Positions 26,771-34,420 of a DNA stretch of 64,000 nt are shown here, piece after piece. The translations under genes and the position numbers were made by a program. Below the pieces are notes generated by a model. That model did no database searches and was not told the DNA's origin. It worked only from the letters and a program-made list of their open reading frames with translations. The DNA is from Vicinamibacterales bacterium (GTDB lineage Bacteria > Acidobacteriota > Vicinamibacteria > Vicinamibacterales > SCN-69-37): NCBI GenBank assembly GCA_035606665.1, contig DATNEY010000026.1, positions 215,575 through 279,574 of the forward strand, given 5' to 3'. Within the stretch, counting starts at the first letter, position 1, and each line of letters begins with the position of its first letter.

Positions 26771-28002
26771 AGATCGATCTCAGCGGACCCATCAAGGCGA
26801 GCCTGGACAAGGCTGTCGCGGAGGCGCGCGCGCACCAGCAGGCGGGCCGGCTCAACGAAGCCGCGGCCGCGTTCATCAAGGCGGCGGGATTGATGAACAG
26901 CTACGGTGAATACGCGCTCACCCGGAGCGACGAAGTACGGCGCCGCCTCAAGGCCCGCACGTATTTGCAGGTCGCCGAACAGTTGCGTGCGGGAGGGGGC
27001 GGCACAAAGCCGCGGCGGCCCGCGCCGGCTCCGTCCGGACCAACTGGCTCCAGCGGGGCAGGTCAGCACGAGAGCCAGCCCGACGCCGAGCAGGAGGAGC
27101 AGACATCGGCCATCGAAGCCCTGATCTACCGCAGCCCGGCAACCTGGGATCAGATCGGCGGCCTGGACGAGACGAAGCGCGAAATCAAGTTCGCTTATGG
27201 CCTCGCGCTGGCCGCCAAGCCGGAGGGCGTGGCTTTGCCAGGGTGGCGCCGCATCTTGTTCTATGGCCCGCCGGGCACGGGCAAGACGCTCCTGGCCGCG
27301 GCCACGAGCAACGGCCTAAGCGCCACCTTCTTCAACGTGAAGGTGGGGAGCCTGTTGTCCAAGTACTTCGGGGAGTCGTCTCGACTGATCTCGACTCTCT
27401 TTGACGTGGCGCGGGATCGTGCTGACGAGGGGTTTTCAGTCGTGTTCGTCGACGAGATCGAATCGTTGTGCCTGCCGCGCGGCGAAGGTTCCGAAAGCGG
27501 CGCAGAGCGGCGCGTGCTGTCCACACTGCTGTCCGAACTGGACGGCCTGGCCGACAAAGGCGAGGATCGGTCCGTGCTGACCATCGCGGCGACGAACGCG
27601 CCCTGGGACCTCGACGACGCGATTCTGAGCCGGTTTCAGAAGCGCGTGTTCATCCCGCTTCCCGACGCTGCCGCGAGAAAGCAGATCCTCGGGATCCTGC
27701 TAGAGAAGGCCGGTCATCAGCTTGACGTGCCCGTGGACGATTTGGTTGCGCGGACCGAGTGGTTCAGCGGGCGCGATCTCGAACGGCTCGCGCATCAGGC
27801 GATCAATGTCATGGTGGCCGACTTGAACGGATCCGTTCCGGATCTGGTCGATCGCGGCCGAGCGCAGATCGAGGGGTACGAAATCAAGGTCCGGCCGCTC
27901 GGCCGGCCGGACTTCGATCGCGCCTTCGACCGTATCCGGGTGGACGTCGTCCGGCAGAAAGAGCAGGGCCAGCGGTATCGGGAGTTCGAGGCAGCGAACT
28001 GA
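26767..28002 (+). CDS. Vps4-like AAA+ ATPase with N-terminal MIT-like domain (second copy)
   Basis: GTG start overlapping the upstream stop. MIT-like helices (AEARAHQQAGRLNEAAAAFIKAAGLM). GPPGTGKT, VVFVDEIESL. Confidence 0.85.
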   Translation: MKIDLSGPIKASLDKAVAEARAHQQAGRLNEAAAAFIKAAGLMNSYGEYALTRSDEVRRRLKARTYLQVAEQLRAGGGGTKPRRPAPAPSGPTGSSGAGQHESQPDAEQEEQTSAIEALIYRSPATWDQIGGLDETKREIKFAYGLALAAKPEGVALPGWRRILFYGPPGTGKTLLAAATSNGLSATFFNVKVGSLLSKYFGESSRLISTLFDVARDRADEGFSVVFVDEIESLCLPRGEGSESGAERRVLSTLLSELDGLADKGEDRSVLTIAATNAPWDLDDAILSRFQKRVFIPLPDAAARKQILGILLEKAGHQLDVPVDDLVARTEWFSGRDLERLAHQAINVMVADLNGSVPDLVDRGRAQIEGYEIKVRPLGRPDFDRAFDRIRVDVVRQKEQGQRYREFEAAN

Positions 28003-28020
28003 TCGCGAGGGAATCGTCGA

Positions 28021-29061
28021 ATGTTGGAATGCGCCAGGTGCGGGCGGAGTGAGCCTTCTGATTCGGTGCGAGTCTGCCCCGGGTGTGGCGGCGCACTGAG
28101 GGCCGCCCCGCTACCGGGGCCGATTTCAATTTCGCGCGGTGACACGGGTCTCGACAAGAGCGTGACCAGTATCCACAGTTCCGCGCAGACCAGCTCGACC
28201 CGCGACGACCATTCCATTCGAGACGACCATTCGGTTCGAGATAGTCGCTCGGTCAGGAACGTCACGAAAGACGATCACTCGTCGAGGGCGACGACGATCA
28301 GGACGAATATCGACAACCGCGTCAAGCATTCGCGCGTGAATATCGGCGGTGGCGTCCTCGTCTTCTTCGCGATGATCGCTGCCTTGGGATTCGCCATGTG
28401 GGTCATCAATCGGCAGGCTCAGCCGTCGGCAATCACGCTTTCGCCCTCGCCGAACCAGCTCGTGGCTACGCCGGTGGTTTCGACGCCAGTTTCGAGCCCC
28501 ACTGGGGTCCCGCCAACGCCCATCGTGCAGCAGGCTCCAGCCCCGCAGCCTCCGGTCGCCGGAGCGGCTCCGCCGCCTGTGGCCACGCCGCCCAAGCTGG
28601 ATCGCACGAAGTATCTGAACATCGGGTCGATTCGCCCCGGCCTCGTCGCCGTTCTGATGGTCGATGAGCGCCGCGGCGCCGACGCCCTGCTTACCCAGCA
28701 GATGGCGGCAGCGCTTGGGGGGAACGACGATCTCTTCAAACCGGCGTTCGTCGGCGATGGCCTGTTCTCGCGCGTTCATCGCGGCGACATCGATCTGCTC
28801 AGGGAGCTTGGCATCGGTACAGACGTCGCGGAGATTGCACTCGGCACGCGGGCGGCGACGTTTTCGGGGATCGATGTGTCTGGGACGCCGATGACGCGCG
28901 CGAGCGTCACGTTGAGTGTGCGCATCACGCGGCCGTCGGCGGGCTTCGTGTCGAATATGCAAGCCGCCCCGGGGGTCGGTGCCGGATTCGATGAGGCATC
29001 AGCATTGGCGCTTGCCACTGAGAATGCCCTCAAGGTCTTGTTGAAGCAGATGGGAAGGTGA
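28021..29061 (+). CDS. Membrane-anchored protein: N-terminal zinc ribbon, STRDDHS-repeat linker, TM, Pro-rich spacer, C-terminal FlgO/LpoB-like domain
   Basis: CARCG...CPGCG. Linker and TM near-identical to the 14549..15433 protein. C-terminal block LVAVLMVDE...VAEIALGT...ASVTLSVRIT. Confidence 0.75.
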   Translation: MLECARCGRSEPSDSVRVCPGCGGALRAAPLPGPISISRGDTGLDKSVTSIHSSAQTSSTRDDHSIRDDHSVRDSRSVRNVTKDDHSSRATTIRTNIDNRVKHSRVNIGGGVLVFFAMIAALGFAMWVINRQAQPSAITLSPSPNQLVATPVVSTPVSSPTGVPPTPIVQQAPAPQPPVAGAAPPPVATPPKLDRTKYLNIGSIRPGLVAVLMVDERRGADALLTQQMAAALGGNDDLFKPAFVGDGLFSRVHRGDIDLLRELGIGTDVAEIALGTRAATFSGIDVSGTPMTRASVTLSVRITRPSAGFVSNMQAAPGVGAGFDEASALALATENALKVLLKQMGR

Positions 29062-30104
29062 GAGAGATGATGACGAGGTCGGCAAGATTCCGAACCGCAA
29101 CCTTCAGTGCCGTACTCCTCGTGGCGGCCATCCTTCCGACAGGGGTCAGCGGACAGCAGAAGCTGTCCGGCGAGGGTCTTCAGGATCTCGCGAATCAGAT
29201 CACCGCCGGGGTTACCAAAGAACGCAAGCAGAAGATCGGCGTGCTTCCGTTCGTCGAATTGGATGGGCGTCCGACGATGCTGGGCGCATTCCTTTCCGAG
29301 GAATTGACGACGAAATTGTTCACTGCCGGAGGTTTTGAGATCGTCGAGCGGACTCTGTTGGGCAAGGTCATGGCTCAACTGAAATTGAATGCATCCGGCG
29401 CCATCGATGCCGATCAGGCCAAGCAGATCGGGAAGCTGGCCGGCGTTGACGCGATTGTGACGGGCACGATCACGGATCTTCAATCGTCGATCGCGCTGAA
29501 CTGCCGGCTGATCGATGTTCTGACTGGCCGGGTCTTCGGTGCCGCGCAGACGAGAATCGTGAAAGACGATGACATCAAAGCTGTGATGAATCGGTCGCAG
29601 GGTCCGGCCGGCGGCGAGGAAAATGCTGGTGCGACCGGCACCGGCTTGCCAAACGCAACGCCGCGCGGGCCATCGGTGAGTGCAGCTGGGCTCCAGTTCA
29701 CAATGGTCGGTTGCACACGATCGGCCAATTCGATCGAGTGCCTGATCACTGTGGTGACGAGACAGGACCAGGAGGTCCGTGTTGGATGCGACAACTCCAC
29801 TGGAACGAAAGCCTTCGACACCAAGGGACAACCCCTGCGCTGCGGTCGCGTGACGCTCGTTGGCCAGCGGACCGGTTCGGCGTGGGGAAATGAAGTCACC
29901 CTTGTTTCGAATGTCGGCGCGCCCCTGGTCCTGGTGTTTGAGGGCGCGACACAGGATTCACGAACGCTATCTCGCCTGGACATTGCCTTTGCGTTCGGGA
30001 GGTCCGCTCTTGGTGGCGTTGGTGCTGGTGCCGCTGGGGCAGGAGGTGGCAGGGTTGGTTGGAGCGCCGTCCAATTCCGCAACGTGCCGGTGCAGGAGCG
30101 GTAG
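29058..30104 (+). CDS. Lipoprotein with FlgO/CsgG/LpoB-like domain (paralog)
   Basis: ATGA overlap start. Signal peptide. KIGVLPFVELDGRPTMLGAFLSEELTTKL...GVDAIVTGTITDL...LNCRLIDVLTGRV. Confidence 0.7.
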   Translation: MREMMTRSARFRTATFSAVLLVAAILPTGVSGQQKLSGEGLQDLANQITAGVTKERKQKIGVLPFVELDGRPTMLGAFLSEELTTKLFTAGGFEIVERTLLGKVMAQLKLNASGAIDADQAKQIGKLAGVDAIVTGTITDLQSSIALNCRLIDVLTGRVFGAAQTRIVKDDDIKAVMNRSQGPAGGEENAGATGTGLPNATPRGPSVSAAGLQFTMVGCTRSANSIECLITVVTRQDQEVRVGCDNSTGTKAFDTKGQPLRCGRVTLVGQRTGSAWGNEVTLVSNVGAPLVLVFEGATQDSRTLSRLDIAFAFGRSALGGVGAGAAGAGGGRVGWSAVQFRNVPVQER

Positions 30105-30109
30105 CTCGC

Positions 30110-30871
30110 ATGGATGGGCTGAAACACGCGTGGGACGCGGCCACCCAGGACCTGGCCGTTTGGTTGATCCGGGCGCTGATCACGACGCTCGTCGTGACGC
30201 TCATGTGGTGGTTCTGGGAACGAATTCGCCGGGCGATTCTGCGCCTGCTGGGACGCACGCCGGCTCCGCCAACGCAGGCGCAACAGCCGGATTGGCAGGA
30301 AGGTTACGCGGTGCGCCTGTGGCCGCTCGACCGGCTCCGTCAGGGCGTCGTCATTGCGCCGCGCACTCGTCTCCTCGTCATTGACCGGGACGTTGTCCAG
30401 TTCGAACTGGAGCCGGGGAAGTACGCCGGCAGCGATCTCGGACGCCGACTGGCCCGTCATGCGGTGGGGGCTGGCGCGATGGCGGTCCAGGTGCCGGATG
30501 GAGGTATTCAGTTTGAACGGACACTTGGCGCCGAGCTGGAGGGCAGGGCTGACGCGATGGCTGGGGGCGTGAGGTTAGGGCTGAACGTCGATCCGCACGG
30601 TTTCGGGAAGCTGGCGAGGTCGTCGCGCCTGCGCAATGGGGTGCTGACCAAGGATGATGTGTTTGCGTTCGTGGAGGAGGTCGTGCAGCCCCGACTGGCC
30701 CAGATAGCGGAACACCCGGCTATGCCTGGCGTCGGCTCGGAAACGGTCATGCAGCAGATCGCCGACCACCTCCACCAGGAATTGGGCTTGGTGGGGTCCG
30801 TTGATTCCACAGTCCCCGCGGTGCCGGCTGCGGCGCATCTGAACGTGCCCGCTCATGGGCCGACCAGCTAG
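30110..30871 (+). CDS. Membrane protein with one TM, possible SPFH-like fold
   Basis: ATG 6 nt after the upstream stop. TM LAVWLIRALITTLVVTLMWWFW. Weak similarity to the SPFH region of the 31017 protein. Confidence 0.55.
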   Translation: MDGLKHAWDAATQDLAVWLIRALITTLVVTLMWWFWERIRRAILRLLGRTPAPPTQAQQPDWQEGYAVRLWPLDRLRQGVVIAPRTRLLVIDRDVVQFELEPGKYAGSDLGRRLARHAVGAGAMAVQVPDGGIQFERTLGAELEGRADAMAGGVRLGLNVDPHGFGKLARSSRLRNGVLTKDDVFAFVEEVVQPRLAQIAEHPAMPGVGSETVMQQIADHLHQELGLVGSVDSTVPAVPAAAHLNVPAHGPTS

Positions 30872-30900
30872 AGCCGTGCGAGGCCGGTGGACAGTGAGCT

Positions 30901-30960
30901 TTGAGGAAATTTAGGGTATCAGGATATACTAGATTCATGTACATGGTTCCATGTGTATGT
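30901..30960 (+). promoter_or_regulatory. Promoter TTGAGG-N18-TATACT with TTAGGGTAT motif, followed by imperfect palindrome CATGTACATGG-ttc-CATGTGTATG (candidate operator)
   Basis: Read directly from the sequence. An SD GGGAGG lies 8 nt before the ATG at 31017. Confidence 0.45.
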
Positions 30961-31016
30961 GTCGCAAGCTGCCGGAAATCGGCCGTGGACGTTAGCGTCA
31001 GTGTGGGAGGCAACCG

Positions 31017-32984
31017 ATGAGCGCGTGGTTCGATGGCCAGGTTGAGTGTCCGTCCTGTCATAAGGGGACGCGTCCGGGCAAGTTCTGCGGCGAGTGCGGC
31101 AAGCCGATGCCCGGCAGCGAAGTGCGCTGCGGCCGCTGCAACGCGGCGGTGTCTGCTACCGCGACGTTCTGCGGCCAGTGCGGGGCTTCGCTTGCAGAGA
31201 GTACAGCGCCCGCGGTAGTGGGAAATCGTTGGGCCAGACGCGCGGATGACTTCGCCACGCGGGTTGACGTGAACGACGTCGAAGGCTTCTTCACGAAAGG
31301 ACTCGTCGTCGAGGAAGGCACGAAGGCCCTCTTCATTACGAATGGCGCATTCTCCGGTATCGTTGACGCTGGCCGCCACGATCTGGGCGGGCTCAAGCGC
31401 GCGATCCTGAACGTCTTCAGCTCGAAGAAAACGACAGCCGTACTGATTGATGCAGGCGATGTCGAGGTCTCCTTCTCGTTGGATGGCCTGCGAACGGCGG
31501 ACCCGCTGCATCTCTCGGCGGATTGCCGCGTGGTACTGCGACTCGATAACCCGGTCCCGTTTTTCGAAAATCTCCTGAAAGGACAACAGAGCTATTCGCT
31601 AACGGCGATGCGTGCCTTCATCGCCGATGAGTTACGCAATGCCGGACAGGAGTTCCTATCGGGTAGGACAGTGGCCGACCTCTCTGGCAATCTCGCGGTG
31701 AAACAGGCGCTTGAGCAGGGTATTGCCGCCCACTTGGCCCGTACGCTCGAGCGCAAAGGCCTGACGCTGGTCCAGGTGCGCGTGTTCGATTTCCGCCACG
31801 CGAAACTCAACGCGCTGACCGGCAAGCTTGAGGAGTACTGGCTGAACGCCGAAGAACTCCGAACGCGGCTCAAGGGCGGCGACATGCTCGCCGGCGTCGA
31901 GCGCAAGGTGCTCGATCAGGAGACGCAACGCGCGCTCATGCAGGTCGAAGTCTACGAAGATCGGGCGCGCGTCTATCAGCGTATGCGTGCCGCCGCCAAT
32001 TCGGAGGAATTCAACAAGATCAGCAGCGCCGACGATCTCGAGCGATTCGTGCATGGCATCGACAAAGGCGGGCTGATTCGTGCGAAGGAAATGGAGGAAC
32101 TGAAGGCGGACTTCGCCGACCGCACTGTGGATCGGGAAGTGGCGCGCAAACACCTGCTCGCGACACTTGGGGTGAACCATGCCGCTGAATTGCAGCGCCT
32201 GGAGCTCATCAGCAAGTTGTCGCTGCAGACGACACTCGCCGAGGCGATGCGGGGGGAGGAACTGAAGAATTTCGAGCTTCAGCAAGAGAAGGAACGGCGA
32301 GATGCCGCCCGGAAGCGCGAGGCGCGCATGGCTGAGCACGACCAAGACATTAAGAAGGCAAAAGACGGCCTCGAACTGCTGGCAGTGATGCGAAAACAGA
32401 AAGCCGAAGAGGCCGATCGCGATCAGGAGCGCGAATTGCGCGCCGAGAGAGACCGTCATGCTCGGGACCTCGAACGGTACCAGAAGCTCGCCGAACTGGG
32501 TCCGGACGCTCTCATCAGCTTCGCCCCCGCCGACCGGGCTCCCATCCTTGCCGAACTGCGTAAGACCGAAATGCTGAAGGGCATGACGGATAGCCAGATC
32601 CTGGCGATGGCCGCAGAGAAGAGCGGCGCCGTCGCTGACGCCCTGAAGGAGAAGTTCAAGGGCGAGGCAGGGCGCGAAGTTATGGAACGGCTGATTCTCG
32701 AGAAGGATCGGCACGCGGGGCAGAGCCACGAAGTGATGCGCGCCAATGCCGAGCAACTCGAACGTCTGGCAACGCGGGCCATGGACACGATGCGCGACAC
32801 GGCAACCGCCGCGACACGCGCCGGTCAGCCGGGCATGACAGTCATCACGCCTGGCATGAGTTCGGGCGTCGTTCAGACGGGCGCAGGCGGTGGGGTGGGC
32901 GCGATGAAGTGTCCGAAATGCCACCACGACGTGCCGCCGTCGCAGAACTTCTGCCAGAACTGCGGCCATAAGTTCCTGCCATAG
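31017..32984 (+). CDS. SPFH/band-7 (flotillin-like) protein with N-terminal double zinc ribbon, long EA/KR-rich coiled coil and C-terminal zinc ribbon
   Basis: CPSCH...CGECG...CGRCN...CGQCG. SPFH-like core (VLIDAGDVEVSF...CRVVLRLDNP...RTVADLSGN...LTLVQVRVFDF). C-terminal CPKCH...CQNCG. Confidence 0.7.
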   Translation: MSAWFDGQVECPSCHKGTRPGKFCGECGKPMPGSEVRCGRCNAAVSATATFCGQCGASLAESTAPAVVGNRWARRADDFATRVDVNDVEGFFTKGLVVEEGTKALFITNGAFSGIVDAGRHDLGGLKRAILNVFSSKKTTAVLIDAGDVEVSFSLDGLRTADPLHLSADCRVVLRLDNPVPFFENLLKGQQSYSLTAMRAFIADELRNAGQEFLSGRTVADLSGNLAVKQALEQGIAAHLARTLERKGLTLVQVRVFDFRHAKLNALTGKLEEYWLNAEELRTRLKGGDMLAGVERKVLDQETQRALMQVEVYEDRARVYQRMRAAANSEEFNKISSADDLERFVHGIDKGGLIRAKEMEELKADFADRTVDREVARKHLLATLGVNHAAELQRLELISKLSLQTTLAEAMRGEELKNFELQQEKERRDAARKREARMAEHDQDIKKAKDGLELLAVMRKQKAEEADRDQERELRAERDRHARDLERYQKLAELGPDALISFAPADRAPILAELRKTEMLKGMTDSQILAMAAEKSGAVADALKEKFKGEAGREVMERLILEKDRHAGQSHEVMRANAEQLERLATRAMDTMRDTATAATRAGQPGMTVITPGMSSGVVQTGAGGGVGAMKCPKCHHDVPPSQNFCQNCGHKFLP

Positions 32985-33007
32985 GCATTGGCGGACGGGA
33001 TTGCTGT

Positions 33008-34420
33008 ATGCCTGCGTGGGAATGTCCGAATTGCGGGGTCGCGAACCTACCGAATGACGGTGAGTGTCGGGCGTGCAGGACGCCGCGCCCGTCCGGGTGG
33101 ATCGACGGCAGCTGGGAGTGTCCGAGGTGCGGCAACGAGAACTCGAACAGCGACGAGCACTGCCAGCAGTGTGGCTATCTGCCCGGGGCTGATTCGATCT
33201 CCCGTGTGGCGAGTTCATCGAGCGAGCAGGCCGTCGGCAAGGACATCATGTCCAACCTCCGCAAGATGAATGAGGATCTGCTCGGGGACATTCGGAGCCA
33301 GGTTGCCGGCCTGATAGGGGCTCCCCCTGCGCGAACCGCCGCAAGTCTTCCCCTGTCGACGCCCAGCCGGCGACGGCCCATCGAGCGCGCCACGACACGG
33401 ACACTTGCAGTGCGAGTGCGTGCGCTCCCGAAGCTCAACTACGCTCTGCTACACGCAGGGTTGCCGCTGATCAGCGCGATCGAGCTTTCGAATGCAGACA
33501 CACAGTCAGCCGAGGATCTCCTCCTTAGGGCATGGGTTGCGCCCGACTACGGGGAGGCTTGGCAGACGAGCATATCGAGCATTCCCGGCCGGTCGAGCCT
33601 TGAAGTGAAAGACGTCGAAGTGCCGCTGCGGAAGGCGCGCCTGCAAGAGGTTCGTGAAGCCGAGCGGGCAAGCCTCAGGGTCGATGTCTTCAGCGAAGGA
33701 AAGATCGTGCAGTCGGTCACACAACCCCTGCAGGTGCTGGCCTACAACGAGTGGTATTTCCACCCCGCCATTCCGCATACGGCCGCATGCTTCGTGCAGC
33801 CGAATTCGTCTGCAGTGGAGACGATAACTTCGCTCGTGAGGGATCGGCTGCGTCGCGTGGGAGCCGACCCGTCCATGTCCGGTTACCAGGAGGGCGGAGC
33901 AGGCCGAGTGATGGCATTGGCAAAGGCCTTGTACGAGACGCTGCAGCAGGACCTGAAATTGTCGTACATCAACCCCCCGCCGAGCTTTGAGCATCCTGAG
34001 CTTCTCGATGATGGCGACATGACGATTTCGCAGAAGGTGTTCCTTCCGGAGCAGATTCTCAAAGAACAGCGCGGGACCTGCCTCGATCTGGCATTCCTCG
34101 GGGCGTCGTGCCTTGAGCGCATGGGCCTGAATCCGATCTTCTTTCTGGTTCCAGGCCACGCCTTCTTCGGCGTGTGGCTCGAACCATCGTATTTGCGCGA
34201 GCCTTGGACGCGTGATGGCGCGGCGGTTCGAGCTCTGGTGAACGATCGACGGTGGTTGCCGCTCAACTCCACGACATTCACGGCTAACCCCATGCGCCCG
34301 ATGGAACAGTGCCGCAATGAAGCGGTGAGTTTTCTCTCTGGCGACGTTCGACTCGAAGCCGCCGTCGACATTACAGCCGCGCGCCAGGCAGGCATCAAGC
34401 CGGTTCCGCCGCTCCTGTGA
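33008..34420 (+). CDS. Transglutaminase-like cysteine peptidase domain protein with N-terminal double zinc ribbon
   Basis: CPNCG...CRACR...CPRCG...CQQCG. Transglutaminase-core-like GTCLDLAFLGASCLERMGLNPIFFLVPGHAFFGVWLE (Cys ... His). Confidence 0.7.
   Translation: MPAWECPNCGVANLPNDGECRACRTPRPSGWIDGSWECPRCGNENSNSDEHCQQCGYLPGADSISRVASSSSEQAVGKDIMSNLRKMNEDLLGDIRSQVAGLIGAPPARTAASLPLSTPSRRRPIERATTRTLAVRVRALPKLNYALLHAGLPLISAIELSNADTQSAEDLLLRAWVAPDYGEAWQTSISSIPGRSSLEVKDVEVPLRKARLQEVREAERASLRVDVFSEGKIVQSVTQPLQVLAYNEWYFHPAIPHTAACFVQPNSSAVETITSLVRDRLRRVGADPSMSGYQEGGAGRVMALAKALYETLQQDLKLSYINPPPSFEHPELLDDGDMTISQKVFLPEQILKEQRGTCLDLAFLGASCLERMGLNPIFFLVPGHAFFGVWLEPSYLREPWTRDGAAVRALVNDRRWLPLNSTTFTANPMRPMEQCRNEAVSFLSGDVRLEAAVDITAARQAGIKPVPPLL

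Noticed and set aside
28126-29831. Minus-strand ORFs of 278 aa and 351 aa
   Set aside because: Antisense to the well-supported zinc-ribbon and FlgO-like genes. Arg-rich GC artefacts.
31656-33218. 520-aa minus-strand ORF
   Set aside because: Antisense to the SPFH/flotillin-like gene, which has clear domain signatures.
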